Shown: positions 50,380 to 61,780 of the stretch, in pieces
Layout of the letters: each line of letters begins with the position of its first letter
Position numbering within the stretch: position 1 is the stretch's first letter
IMG/VR virus record: IMGVR_UViG_3300037722_000409
Span: 1-64,000 of that record
DNA from: a virus
Length of the DNA: 64,000 nucleotides
Reading direction: 5' to 3' (one strand)
Position numbers and translations under genes: made by a program
Notes under the pieces: generated by a model
What the model saw: only the letters and a program-made list of their open reading frames with translations
Told to the model about the DNA's origin: nothing
The model's database searches: none

Positions 50380-53300
50380 ATGTCTGACACTTGGATTAAA
50401 ATAACCCTCATGGTGGGCTTGGCGTGTGGTGTGGCGCTGTCGGTGTTACAGTCAGCCGACATCAAGCGCTTAGAGTCTCAGCTGGAGGCGGTTACCGACA
50501 GCCACGAGTGCCGGACCATCGTGGCAGTTAGGGATGGCGAACCGGTCGGCGAGATGACCATCTGCGGCTACGACCTACAGTTCGGCATGGAGGCCGCGCC
50601 CAAAGAGTACCACGTAGCGCCTACGGAAGAGGACAAGGGAAAGCTGCTCCAAAAGATAGAGGAGAGTGCTAATGGAGGACTTTAACTCAAAGGACTGGAT
50701 CGCCGGTTACGTCGCCGACCTAGCCAGGTACCTGATGGATGCCATCAAGGGCATGGACGAGGAGGCCGCCGCGGTACTCATCAACGACGTCCACACCTAC
50801 ATGCGCAAGGCGCAGGCGACGCTGAAGGCAGCTAACAGCGCAGACCTCCCTGGGTTCATAGCCGACCTCGAGAACGTGCTGTACCACCTGAAGACCTACG
50901 ACGGACGACTAGTTTAACTTCGTGCCAGTTCGCACAGCCACACTGTGCGAACTCGAGTATAATTAAACACGGCGCAATAAGGAGACACCTTAATGGCTAC
51001 AGTCGACGCGGACCAGGCCGCCATATTTAACGGAACACCGTGCCCAGACTGTGCAAGCCCCATGCTACTTGTGCACAACCGCCACGGAGTGCACCTATTC
51101 TGTCGCAAGTGCTTTCGAACCTTACTCACGGCGCACGTGCAGCGGTAAGCCCAACTATCCGGCAAAAGGAGGAGCGCCCACAAAATGATGATACCAAAAG
51201 CTGACCAGGTAGCTTGTGTCGACTGCGACTGGCTAGGAGACTGGCGGTGCGAGGCGTGTGGTGTGGGACTGTGTGGGCGGCATCGGCTACCCCACTACGA
51301 GCACAACATTGTAACTGCTGCACCCGTAGAAACTATATCGCGAGGTAGGAAGAAGTAATGGAGTACAGCTACGGAGACATTCGCTTCCGCGAGACTGGCG
51401 AAATTCGATCACCCCGACGTGGGGAATGGTATGAAGATGCGGGTTCTCCTTATCTAGCCAAGGTAACATTTAGCCGTTTCGGGTTTAAGATTCTGGCACC
51501 TGTAGGAGTAAATAAAGCATGACCATCACCGAGGCCCTCAACGAGTTCCGGCACTCTCAAATGGCAAAGTTCATGAGCCACCACAACAAGATGCAAGCGC
51601 GAGGTCAGGCTACCTTCAGCGCCTTGATCGTCGACTCAGCCGACCACATGCAGCTCGACAATATAGTCAAGCACCTTTGGGAGGAGATTAGCGAGCTCGT
51701 GGATTCCAACTACAATGACCCGCTGGAGTGCGTGGACGTGGCAAACCTCGCCTTCATGCTCTGGTGGAAGCTGACCGAGTCGCAGCAGAAGATCGACGCC
51801 CTCACAGGAGTATAATAGCTCAGGGCAAGCAAGGAGCACCACGAATGAAAATGAAAAACTGTCCCATCGTCACGGACAAGACCATCAATGGTAGGACCAC
51901 CATCTACCTACATGACAACGCCAAGCACAGCAAGGTCGTCAGTCACCGCGTGGCCAGCTTGCTGGTGGCTGCGGAGGTCGCGATCTACAGCCCTCAGCCC
52001 GAGCCGCCTCAGGGAACCACCAGGGCGGCGTGGTTCACCCAACTTCGCAAGGGAGGTTAACGTGGCAACACCCAACTCCTCAAACGACCTGTTCATCAAG
52101 ACCCTAGAGGCCGCGTCTGGCCTGGTACCTGCCGACGCCAAGAACATCGAGCGGCGCCTCAAGATGCGCGCCACCCTGAACCAGATCTGGGAGGCGTGGA
52201 TCCGCAAGCCTGAACTGCGCCTGGGGCAGCTAATTATGGCCGCCACGAGTGACAGGTACGACTCACCTGGTGAGTGCAGCTTGGGCCGTACGTCCGACGA
52301 GGTACTGGTCACCCTGGTGCAGGAGTACACCCAGTGAGGTTCATGCCGGGAGACGCCGTGGTGTCGCCGCTCCTACACCCAAGGTCGGCAGGCATCGTGA
52401 CTGACGCGTGGGCGACCGAGACTGTTGAGGCGTACTCAGTGTCTCTGCCTGACGGCACCAACTACAGTCTCACCGGGGACCACCTTGAGCCCGCGCCAGA
52501 GTCCACCACCAGGCTCGTGGAGCTGAACGGCAAGAGCACCCAACTGTACACCATGCCCAGGACCTGGTCGTACAACATCAAGCGAAGGGGAGAACACAAC
52601 TGATGGCCACGTTCTACGAGTGCCGGATCTGCGGCAGCTACCGGATACCCTACGAGGGCGACGACCTGTGCGTCTTCTGCCTCGCGAGCAACGCCGCCGC
52701 CAAGCTGCCAGAGACCAAGGAGCGCGGGGTCGACAGGTTGCTGGGAACCGTGTTCCCTGAAGGGTTACCTGACATAAAGTGAGATACCAATCTCGTAAGG
52801 AGGCGTCCATGTACCACAATCCGATCGACTGCTGCAAGTGCCAGGCGGCAAAGACCACGCAAGCGCTTAGGGACGCCGTTGGGCTCCCAGACGTAGTGTG
52901 CGCTGTCACCACCGACCCACCTAGCTTTGACACTGACTTCATCTCAACCCGCTTGACGGCTACCCTCACGTTTGAGGGCTGGGTCCGCCTCCCTGAGCTG
53001 ACGGTTGAAGACACCCAGCAACTGGACGTCAGGGAGTACGGTCCGACCCTACGGCTTGAGCTCATGGACCAGATGCTCGAGTACCTGGCACGCAACAACT
53101 ACCTGGATCTCGAGCGCGCTAAGGACGAGGCCTACGACAGGGGATACACCGCCGGCTTTGAGGCTGGCGACTCCCGCGAGCCCGGCAGCTGAGTATAATA
53201 TAATTAGTTTAGTAAGGAAGGAAAGCTATGCTAGCACACGAGATCATGTACGGCCTAAAGCCTGGGACCAAGGTTGTGGTAAAGCACCACAATATTCACA

Positions 53301-53803
53301 CCGAGTCATTTCCACGCCCTGGCGACGTCGGTACGGTGGTATACGCCATGGATCACGCACACCGTCGCTCTGGCCTGGGTCCCTACCTCTGCCTGGAGAC
53401 CAAGCCATACAGGTGCAAAAGTGTCTTCATGATAGGGGCCTACACCTTTGGCAATGTCATCAGCTTTGCCCTGTTACTGGAGCAGTTCGACACGATCCCT
53501 GTGCCGCCTGTGAACTTTGGTGAGTACGCCGTGGTCCCTGAGTCCGAAGAGTACTTTGACGAGTACGAAGATGACGAAGACTTTGAGGAGAGCATCGGCG
53601 CCGAGTACAACTACACAGTTACAGCCATCGGCTTTCCGCCGCTCGACTACTACGAGGAGAGCACCGGACCCATGACCGCGCCCTCCATGCACGTCGCCGT
53701 GGCGCGCATCGTCGACCTCTTGGGCCTAGATACCGACGCCGTGGTCATCAACCTGGCCGTCAAGCGTGTGAGCGTCCACGTTGAAGAGACCGAGCTGTGC
53801 TAG
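50380..53803 (+). other. Run of small hypothetical genes incl. Zn-finger microproteins (50993-51148, 51185-51358, 52603-52782) and a MazG-like protein (51519-51815, ECVDVANLAFM)
   Basis: Packed ORFs with RBS, some below the ORF-track cutoff. Confidence 0.55.
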
Positions 53804-54357
53804 AACGCCTACGCGCTTTTCTCCGCACCCTACTCACTGAGCCCGAGCTCCTGGAGGAGACCCCGGCTGCGGAGCCTGTCCTGGTCGTCGTGGAGCCGAT
53901 CCTGCACCTCCAGTTGACCGTCGTCTACCTGGGCGCCTCCGACACCGTGGGGCCACGCACCGCCTGGACGAGCCTGCGTGTCCTTCAGGACTGGTTCATG
54001 CAAGAGTTCAACGTGGCCATCTACATCGGCCGGGTCAAGAACGACGTTCGCCAGTTCCAGGACTCGTCGCTCAGGTACGTCTTCGAGGAAGGATACACCT
54101 ACCCCACCCTGTTCCTGGTGTCAGCCGCCCGGCTGAGCAGCACCAACATCGGGCTGGCTCAGGGTGAGTTTGCCAGCGTGGCCGCCAAGCACGAGCTCTG
54201 GGTTGAGGCTGCCAAGCACGAGCTCGGACACCTGTTGGGCCTGCGTCACAATGAGGTCAGCTTCATGCACCCCCTGATCGAGCAGGGGCACCTGCTGCCG
54301 GTCCTGCCTGGGGAGAGGGCCACCGTCAGACGCTACGTTGAGAGGTACTGCCGCTAA
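53797..54357 (+). CDS. Metzincin-like Zn metallopeptidase
   Basis: HELGHLLGLRH and Met-turn SFMHP. Confidence 0.75.
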   Translation: MLERLRAFLRTLLTEPELLEETPAAEPVLVVVEPILHLQLTVVYLGASDTVGPRTAWTSLRVLQDWFMQEFNVAIYIGRVKNDVRQFQDSSLRYVFEEGYTYPTLFLVSAARLSSTNIGLAQGEFASVAAKHELWVEAAKHELGHLLGLRHNEVSFMHPLIEQGHLLPVLPGERATVRRYVERYCR

Positions 54358-55122
54358 TGAACGACAATCAGCTCGCCGAACTGATAGCCAACTACCACAT
54401 CGCTAGGGTCATGGTCGGGGACGGCCGGTACGCCCGCCTACGGTGGGCCGCGGCAGGGTTCCACCGTGAGCACCCAGAGGTCACGGAGCTCGAGGCCTAC
54501 AAGGAGCTCACCGGTTACCTCGACTTCCTCTCTCGGCCGTTACCCGAGTATAATACCTCAAGGGATGACGGCTTCAACGACAAGGAGGAACATGCGAGTT
54601 AAGTGGAACAATGACCGTACCCAGGAGTGGAGCGGTGAGGTAGTCGGGGTCACCAACGGTGGTGGCGGCAACTACTTTATCATCCTCCTCGACGACGGCA
54701 ACTTTACCTCCAAGTTTGTTGAGGACGTGACGCTGGCCGGCACTCGTGTGAAACGTGTAGAAGCGTCTGCACCCCCAAGCAAACCCCGTAAATCGACGCA
54801 ATGACCAACCTGCTTAAGCACATAGGCCTGCACATCTTAGGGGTTACCTTGGGCGCGGTCTTGCTTGCCACTACCGTGGTTGTACTATGGGGGCTAGGAT
54901 TGGTATGGAGTATGACTCGATGAGCGAGGACATGTGCGCGGAGGACCACCGGCTGATACTCACTGAGGATGGCCTGTCTGGCGAGCTGGTGATCATGTGC
55001 GAGGAGTGCGGCTACACGGCGCGGGAGATCGAGCAGCCACAGATCGTAGGCGTAGACATTAGGACCCTAGCCGCAAATTGAACAGGGTTTACCCAGTGCG
55101 TCATACTTGATATAATGTACCC

Positions 55123-57993
55123 ATGATAACGCGCCGCAAGGTCACCAACCTCATAAAGTCCTTCACCAACACCGGCGGAGGCTACGCGGAGCCCGGGAGC
55201 ATCTTCGCTTCCCGGGACTCTTGCTGTCAGGAGGACTGCCACTGCACCACCAACTACGGCTGCCGGTGCGAGCATGACTGCTCGTGCCCGGACCGCTCGC
55301 TGGTAGAGGGTGAGCTCCACGAGCTGGTCCTGAGTAACGAGTTCCTCGCCAAGCTGCAGGGGTCAGCCGCCGCGGACTGGGAGCGCTACGACAGCGACAC
55401 CCCACAAGCTGTAGCGGTTCCGGACAGAGAGCTATACCGCGTCGGTGAGCGCGCCGACTCACGAGACACCCTCATCGGCGACACGCCCCTCAACGATCGT
55501 GTCTATAAGGCTGATGGTCCACCGCGCCCAGGATTGATACCACAGTCAGGTGACTGGAATAACCCAGACCGTTGGATTCGCCCTGAGGCCGAAGAAGCGG
55601 AAGAGCCTGACCTCGCTACCTGGATAAAGAACCTGCGTACCATGAGCGTCATCGACGTACGAGACACCGTCGGTGACCTCGCCAAGACCGAGGCCGAAGG
55701 TGGTAAGCCAGCGTACGTTAAGGCCATGCGGGACGTCGCGGTAAGCGAGTACCTGGTACGACGGAGTCAACAGTTTGACGAGTTGATCGCCGGCCAACCT
55801 GCCTACGAGCTAGACGAAGCTGAGCGTGTCACCAACGCGGGCATCGCCGCAGCTGAGCGTACCATTGCCAGTGCTAACACCCCCCGAGTTGTCGGTCTAG
55901 CCACACTCGACCGTATGGACGGAAAGAACCGGCTTGACGCCATCGCGGCTGTTCGTAGACGTCTAACTGCAGCAGAAGACGCGACAGTGGCCGCAGCTGT
56001 CAAAGCTCGCTTTACACCGCAGGTGTCTGACGCCCTCCGCCTTAACAAGATCTGGGAGGAGGAGCTCGGGTACTCACCGCGAGACGCTACTAGCGAGCAG
56101 CGTGGCGCGGTCAAGATGAAGCTCATAAAAGACGTCGCTGCTCGGCTTACCACGATGGCTAAGAGCAATCCCGAGTTGGCCGAGGCTCTCGCCAACCCTG
56201 CACACAACCTCATGCGTCCCTTTACTGAAGGTCAACCCACAGCGGACCGAGTGACCGACAAGCTCATCTCTGTCTGGATGGAGTCCTCTAGTGACAGCTA
56301 CCCCCGCGCCATCGCCTTGCAGCTCGCGGCCCAAAAGGAGTTTTCAGAGCTCACTACGGGCTCTAGCACCGACCACTTTGAAGGTGACAAGAGCGCGTGG
56401 AGGGTGGCAGAGCGTGACCTGGCTGACAACGAGGTCTTATTCCGATCCTTTCACCGCGCACAGTACGACAACACCCAGGCGTGGCTAGGTAAGAACAACG
56501 TTAAGAGTGTCACCCTCTACAGGGGCTCTTTGCTGTCCGCGAGTAAGGTAAAGGAGATGATACCTGGAACCGCCAGCACGGCAATGGCGGACGTTCAGAC
56601 TCAGCCGGTGTCAAGCTTCAGCTACGACCCTCAGGTCGCCTACGACTTCTCAACTGGCCACGTCGATGACAGCCTTGATCACACACCGACCGTGTCGGTA
56701 TCGCAGGTACCCGCCAACCGCATAATATCCACCGCGCTGACGGGGTACGGCTGTCTTACCGAGGGGGAGTTCACCGTGCTGGGAGGTGTAGACCACGGCC
56801 TCTTGGTCCAGTCAGACTCCTTTGGCACCGACGCTTTGGAGGGTCTGTTAAACACCATCGAGCAAGCTCAACACGCACAGGTTGACAAAGCTGGTCCTCC
56901 ACGTCCGGGCCTCATCCCACAGAGCGGAGACTGGGAACACCCAGGACACTGGATCCGACCGCCAGAGGCAGGCGCCCCGGTAGAGCCAGAGGTGCCTGAA
57001 GAGTACGTGGGACGAGGACGCGCCGCGATCATAACCGACGCGCGCCGAGCAGGGTTTACACCTGACCCAGCGGAGGCGGTCGCCCTTGAGCGTGCCTGGC
57101 ACAAGGACCTTGGCTATCGCCCGATGCACGCTAAGTGGGACGAGCAGGTGGATGTAAAGGTGTCAATAGCCGCCGCTGTATCCTCAGAGCTTAAGGCGCT
57201 CATGAGCACCGATCCAGCACTGACCTTAGCGGTTAACAACTACCACACCCCCACTGGTAAATCTTTAGATGTAGACAACACGGTGCGATACCTAGTAGGA
57301 GTCTGGGCTGACTCGTCTGGTGACCACCACGACATCGCCTTAGCGCTGCAACAGTCGGCTCTTCGAGAGTTTCCAGAACTGACCGACGGGGCAGCCACCG
57401 ACCACTGGGACCTGGACCCAACTCTAAGAGGAGTGGTGCGACGCGAGCTCGCCGAGTCTGGCGCCGTGTATCGTGCCTTTCACCGCGCTCAGTACAACAA
57501 TACCCAACGGTGGTTCAAGAAGCACGGGATCACCCACGTCACGCTTTACCGTGGGATGGCCATTCCAAAGGAAACGGCAGAGACAGCCTTAAAAGGAGGC
57601 ACCTCGGCCATCACTGACCTGGCCACCCAGCCGGTCTCAAGCTACTCGTACGAGCTAGAGACCGCGCTAGAGTTCGCCACCGACACGTCACGGTCCTCAG
57701 GCTTGACCCCCACGCTCAGCGTATCACGGTTCCCAGTCGAGCGCGTGCTGTCCACAGCCTTGACCGGCTTCGGGTGCTTGACAGAGGGTGAAGTCACAGT
57801 ACTAGGGGGTATTGACAAGGGCCTGCTGGTGCAGACCGAAGACCCTGACAGGGGACACGGGGAGGACCCCGGCCTAGACCCTGAGCAGATCGAGAAGCTC
57901 ATCACCAAGCTTGGGCCGCGTAAGTTCGAAAAGTCCGTAGCTCTTGATGGCTACCAGGTGCGTATAATACACAAGGAGAGGCGCGACCAGTGA
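55123..57993 (+). CDS. Modular protein: Cys-rich leader + two tagged paralogous R-S-E ADP-ribosyltransferase modules
   Basis: Two tags; each module has TLYRG, QPVSS(F/Y)S, TEGE(F/V)TVLG. Confidence 0.75.
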   Translation: MITRRKVTNLIKSFTNTGGGYAEPGSIFASRDSCCQEDCHCTTNYGCRCEHDCSCPDRSLVEGELHELVLSNEFLAKLQGSAAADWERYDSDTPQAVAVPDRELYRVGERADSRDTLIGDTPLNDRVYKADGPPRPGLIPQSGDWNNPDRWIRPEAEEAEEPDLATWIKNLRTMSVIDVRDTVGDLAKTEAEGGKPAYVKAMRDVAVSEYLVRRSQQFDELIAGQPAYELDEAERVTNAGIAAAERTIASANTPRVVGLATLDRMDGKNRLDAIAAVRRRLTAAEDATVAAAVKARFTPQVSDALRLNKIWEEELGYSPRDATSEQRGAVKMKLIKDVAARLTTMAKSNPELAEALANPAHNLMRPFTEGQPTADRVTDKLISVWMESSSDSYPRAIALQLAAQKEFSELTTGSSTDHFEGDKSAWRVAERDLADNEVLFRSFHRAQYDNTQAWLGKNNVKSVTLYRGSLLSASKVKEMIPGTASTAMADVQTQPVSSFSYDPQVAYDFSTGHVDDSLDHTPTVSVSQVPANRIISTALTGYGCLTEGEFTVLGGVDHGLLVQSDSFGTDALEGLLNTIEQAQHAQVDKAGPPRPGLIPQSGDWEHPGHWIRPPEAGAPVEPEVPEEYVGRGRAAIITDARRAGFTPDPAEAVALERAWHKDLGYRPMHAKWDEQVDVKVSIAAAVSSELKALMSTDPALTLAVNNYHTPTGKSLDVDNTVRYLVGVWADSSGDHHDIALALQQSALREFPELTDGAATDHWDLDPTLRGVVRRELAESGAVYRAFHRAQYNNTQRWFKKHGITHVTLYRGMAIPKETAETALKGGTSAITDLATQPVSSYSYELETALEFATDTSRSSGLTPTLSVSRFPVERVLSTALTGFGCLTEGEVTVLGGIDKGLLVQTEDPDRGHGEDPGLDPEQIEKLITKLGPRKFEKSVALDGYQVRIIHKERRDQ

Positions 57994-58178
57994 TAAACCT
58001 AGACGCAGACATCCACAACGCTGACTGGACCAAGAGGACCTGGGACCTACTGGACGTAGAGGACGAGGACGACCTCATGGAGCACCTGTCTGACACCGGC
58101 ATGTCCTTGGAGCATTTCAAGACCCTTCCGGTCTACAAGTTCAACGTCAATAAGATCCCGTGGCTTGCTGAGCTGTGA
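57990..58178 (+). CDS. Small acidic protein coupled to the ART gene
   Basis: AAGGAG RBS; GTGA overlaps at both ends. Confidence 0.65.
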   Translation: MINLDADIHNADWTKRTWDLLDVEDEDDLMEHLSDTGMSLEHFKTLPVYKFNVNKIPWLAEL

Positions 58179-61100
58179 GGATAATCCGCAAGCTCGCACC
58201 ACCACGGCCTGGGCTCGTCCCTCAATCTGGGGATTGGACACACCCCGACAGGTGGGTCAGGCCAGAAGACGCCGCGCCAGCTGCTCCACCCAAGCCTGCT
58301 AAGCTTGGAGAGGTTCAGACCGGTGTGGCCTTTGTCGCGCCGGTATTTCACGGGTCGAACGCCCTGTTCACCACGCCACGCGTGGGCAGCTCTGAGACTG
58401 GCTTTGGGTTCTTCATGGTGGATGACTGGACCGTGAGCGAGCAGTACGGGCAGCACATGTACGCGGCTGACGTGACCTTGCGCAACCCCCTGGTGATAGA
58501 CGCTGAGTCCATGGCGTGGACCGACCTCCCGATGGAGAGTATCCTTAAGGAGGCACGCGCTGACGGCCATGACGGCGTCGTGTTCAAAGACATCTCAGAC
58601 CAGAAGACCAGCCATGTCGGCACCGCCAACACGGTGGTGGCGTTTGACGCAGCAAGTGTGCGCCTGGTCTCACGCATCGATCGTGACACGCTGAAGGAGA
58701 CGACTCTAAGTAAATCCGAGGTTACCGGCGACACCCTGATCCTGCCCGAGAAAGCTACACCGGACGACTCTCTCGGTCGCGGCGTGTCTACACAGCCCGA
58801 GCCACCAGAGGCTCCTCAACCCCCTCAGTCTCAAGCTCCACAGAAGCCTCAAGCCCCGCAGGCTCCTAGGGTGGTATCTAAGCTTCAACCGCCAAGGCCA
58901 GGCCTGGTCCCGCAGAGTGGAGATTGGAACGCGCCTGACCACTGGGTACGGCCAGAGGACGCAGCCAAGCCTGGTGTTAGCGTCCATGAGAGTATAACCA
59001 CTCTTACGGCTACGCAGTCTACCGTGACGCTAGCAGACGGCGCCACCTTTACGTTGCCTAATACTAACATCAAGGACGCGTTGGAAGCGCGAGAGTTTTA
59101 CCAAAACCTCAAGCCAGGTGATAAGGTTACCTACGACGGTGAGGCACGCGTCATATCAGCCGTTAAAGAGCTCCCGTACGGCGCGGCCGCAAAGTGGTAT
59201 CAAGGACCTTCGTTCGAGTTTACCGACGGCGACGACGTGTCTGGGCTTCACCTGCACGGTGACAATAAAGCACGTCGAGAGGCCATGGCCATAAGCTACA
59301 CGTTGTCGAACGCGGCTAAGCTGTCCCGTCGCAACCTGGGTAAGGTAGCACCTTTACCCACACTTGCCACGTACGCTGAGAGCATCGGAATAGCAGCCGC
59401 CCAAGAGTGGGCCATGACCAACGTCATAACCTCCGGGTACCTGTCAGGACAAGGGGTGTGGCGTGGGTATCACCAGTTCCTGGGGCATGACGAGAAGACC
59501 ATCGACACCTTGGCGCAACTTCTAGACGATCATGGTCAAGGTGGGGCCACTCAGGACCGCGCGGACGCGACGATCCACCAACAGTATCAAGCCGACACCA
59601 TGGTGGGCCAGGCGCTTCGTGATCAAGCTGACCTCGACACTCACCTGTTGGAGATGTGGTCAGCCGCCGCCCCGATGCGGGCCAAAGCGTTTGCAGACCG
59701 TGTCAAAGTGGCCCCTGGCGACAGTGACTACGCTAAGGTACGGGACCTGCTTGACCCTCAACTTTACCGTGCTGGTAAGGTCGAGAAGCCAGTAGAGTCG
59801 TGGACCACCCACGCGGAGGGCGCCTCTCCCACCGCGGTAACCGACCCCAGCAATCGTTGGGCTCCAGACAAGAGCATGCCTATGACATCTATACGTGCTC
59901 AAGGCTTCAAGGCGTTGGCGGGTGTAACTCACCTTACCGGGGCGCCTGGAGAGGGTGAGGTCCTGCTCATACGAGAGTCCGGATATAAAGGCCTAGACAA
60001 GGCCAACCCGCCCCGTCCTGGACTTGTTCCTCAGTCCGGAGACTGGGAGCACCCAGTACGATGGATACGTCCTGGGCCGCTAGAGGGCGCCTCAGAAAAG
60101 ATTACGCCAGCCGCAGTGCGCTCAGACCCTAAAGAGATGAGTATACGCTCGTATCATGGTACTAGCAGTGCTGCAATAGCCTCAATCAAGAAGCATGGTC
60201 TGATAGTAGGGCAGGAGGGCGGCGGAGATGAATGGATACGGAGTAATCCTGAGGAGTTTGAAGAGGATATTGACCGGCCAAAGTCAGTTTACACAGCTTA
60301 CAGCGTTCAAGACGCCGTGCAATATTCTAAATACGCGGCAAAAGTGTCTGGGGGCACACCGGTAGTACTGCGAATAGAGATTCCCCTTTCCGTGTTTAAC
60401 AAGTACGCCATAGATGATGAGACCGCCGCAGGCGCGGTGAGATTTGAGCGCACCATTCCCCCAGAATGGATAACCATATTAGATGATAAAATTAAAAAAG
60501 AACAAGTAGACACCAAGGTCGTATACGCAGTTGTGATGGCTGACAATAACCTACGCAAGTCTAGCGGTCAACCTCCTCGACCAGGGTTGATCCCGCAGTC
60601 GGGTGACTGGGAGAACCCAGACCGTTGGATCCGACCAGAGGAGGTCACGACGCCAGAGGCGCCCAAGACGCCGACTCTAGCTGGCCGTGAGTACATCAAG
60701 GTGTCCGGCAGTTACACCTGGGACCAACCATCGGCTGAAAAGGACCTGAAGGAGGCTGGGTACGTTCACGCGGGCAGCACGTTCACCGACGCTGACCCTC
60801 CTGGGTACCCCAGCATCCAGATATACATGCACCCTCAGCTGGGGCGCCTAGAGGTGCACAGGGATAAGGAGGTCAAGAACCCAGAGGGTAAGGGCTGGAG
60901 TCAGCGCTTCTACATCGTGAACCCCGCGCCAGACTACACGCCAGACACCCGGGACCCGCTGACGCTCACCTCTAGGGAGCGGCTGTCAATCCGTCAAAAG
61001 TTCAATCAGTACTTCGGGTCGTACGACTCCAAGGAGCGGTGGGAGAAGGCGGCTGACACCTTGGGCGTCTCGATCGACGAGGTCAAGGCCGAGGCGGTGG

Positions 61101-61774
61101 CCTACATGAAGCCCCTCATCGACAAGGCTGACGTGTGGATGCGCATGCCACCTTCACGCCTAGCCAGCGTATTGAAGGACGGCCGGTTCAAGCCTCTAGC
61201 GGAGAGCGGACGCATGGGTCCCAAGAAGGGCATCACCATGAAGCCCTACATGGAAGCCAGGGACCAGATGGAGGAGCAGATCTTCGGCATCCCGCAGGGT
61301 AAGGCTCACCCTGAGCGCCCGATATACGGCTACCTGAGCGACAGTGCGGACGGGCACGGCTCGGCCTTTGAGTCGGACGGAGTGCAAGCCCTAGACGTCT
61401 ACGGAACCGCGGCCGTGAAGTTCAAGCCAAGCGTGAGGGAGCGGACCTCTTTCACGGTCGGAGACTCTCTGGACATGAACATGAACGCCATAGGTGGCCG
61501 GCTCATCCCCTCCATGCTCGACGACGTGAAGGCCGAGTCGACAATGGGTGACTCGTTTGCGCGGGAGAGTAAGGACCCGTCGGTAATGTCAATACAGGCG
61601 CTAGCACGCTACAAGTACACCGAGGCTCAGGTGCACGGTGGCGCGAACGTCAACGAGATAGACGAGGTCGTGTTCCACAAGGACGAGCCCAGCGCCGCCC
61701 TAGCCAACGCTTTGCGTAAGGCAGGCATACGGTATAGAATAATAGCACGGGACAAGATAGGAAAAGGGGATTAA
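58175..61774 (+). CDS. Modular protein with four tags: ART-PolyVal-like, R-S-E ART-like, YHGT (Tpt1/KptA-like) ART-like and DUF3626-like domains
   Basis: FHGS..GFF..GHDGVVF; YRAG..ESWT..EGEVLL; YHGT..SIKKHGL..IPPEWI; RPIYGYL..YG..RTSFTVGDS..EAQVHGG. Confidence 0.7.
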   Translation: MRIIRKLAPPRPGLVPQSGDWTHPDRWVRPEDAAPAAPPKPAKLGEVQTGVAFVAPVFHGSNALFTTPRVGSSETGFGFFMVDDWTVSEQYGQHMYAADVTLRNPLVIDAESMAWTDLPMESILKEARADGHDGVVFKDISDQKTSHVGTANTVVAFDAASVRLVSRIDRDTLKETTLSKSEVTGDTLILPEKATPDDSLGRGVSTQPEPPEAPQPPQSQAPQKPQAPQAPRVVSKLQPPRPGLVPQSGDWNAPDHWVRPEDAAKPGVSVHESITTLTATQSTVTLADGATFTLPNTNIKDALEAREFYQNLKPGDKVTYDGEARVISAVKELPYGAAAKWYQGPSFEFTDGDDVSGLHLHGDNKARREAMAISYTLSNAAKLSRRNLGKVAPLPTLATYAESIGIAAAQEWAMTNVITSGYLSGQGVWRGYHQFLGHDEKTIDTLAQLLDDHGQGGATQDRADATIHQQYQADTMVGQALRDQADLDTHLLEMWSAAAPMRAKAFADRVKVAPGDSDYAKVRDLLDPQLYRAGKVEKPVESWTTHAEGASPTAVTDPSNRWAPDKSMPMTSIRAQGFKALAGVTHLTGAPGEGEVLLIRESGYKGLDKANPPRPGLVPQSGDWEHPVRWIRPGPLEGASEKITPAAVRSDPKEMSIRSYHGTSSAAIASIKKHGLIVGQEGGGDEWIRSNPEEFEEDIDRPKSVYTAYSVQDAVQYSKYAAKVSGGTPVVLRIEIPLSVFNKYAIDDETAAGAVRFERTIPPEWITILDDKIKKEQVDTKVVYAVVMADNNLRKSSGQPPRPGLIPQSGDWENPDRWIRPEEVTTPEAPKTPTLAGREYIKVSGSYTWDQPSAEKDLKEAGYVHAGSTFTDADPPGYPSIQIYMHPQLGRLEVHRDKEVKNPEGKGWSQRFYIVNPAPDYTPDTRDPLTLTSRERLSIRQKFNQYFGSYDSKERWEKAADTLGVSIDEVKAEAVAYMKPLIDKADVWMRMPPSRLASVLKDGRFKPLAESGRMGPKKGITMKPYMEARDQMEEQIFGIPQGKAHPERPIYGYLSDSADGHGSAFESDGVQALDVYGTAAVKFKPSVRERTSFTVGDSLDMNMNAIGGRLIPSMLDDVKAESTMGDSFARESKDPSVMSIQALARYKYTEAQVHGGANVNEIDEVVFHKDEPSAALANALRKAGIRYRIIARDKIGKGD

Positions 61775-61780
61775 ACAACA

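Larger units (their letters stand above)
4235..54554 (+). promoter_or_regulatory. Recurrent promoter motif G(A/G)GTA(T/C)AAT (about 20 copies)
   Basis: 4235, 6680, 11966, 14038, 17681, 20575, 23275, 24286, 33688, 34081, 36788, 38218, 39102, 42033, 45308, 47957, 48065, 48587, 50955, 51808, 53191, 54546; mostly at gene boundaries. Confidence 0.75.
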
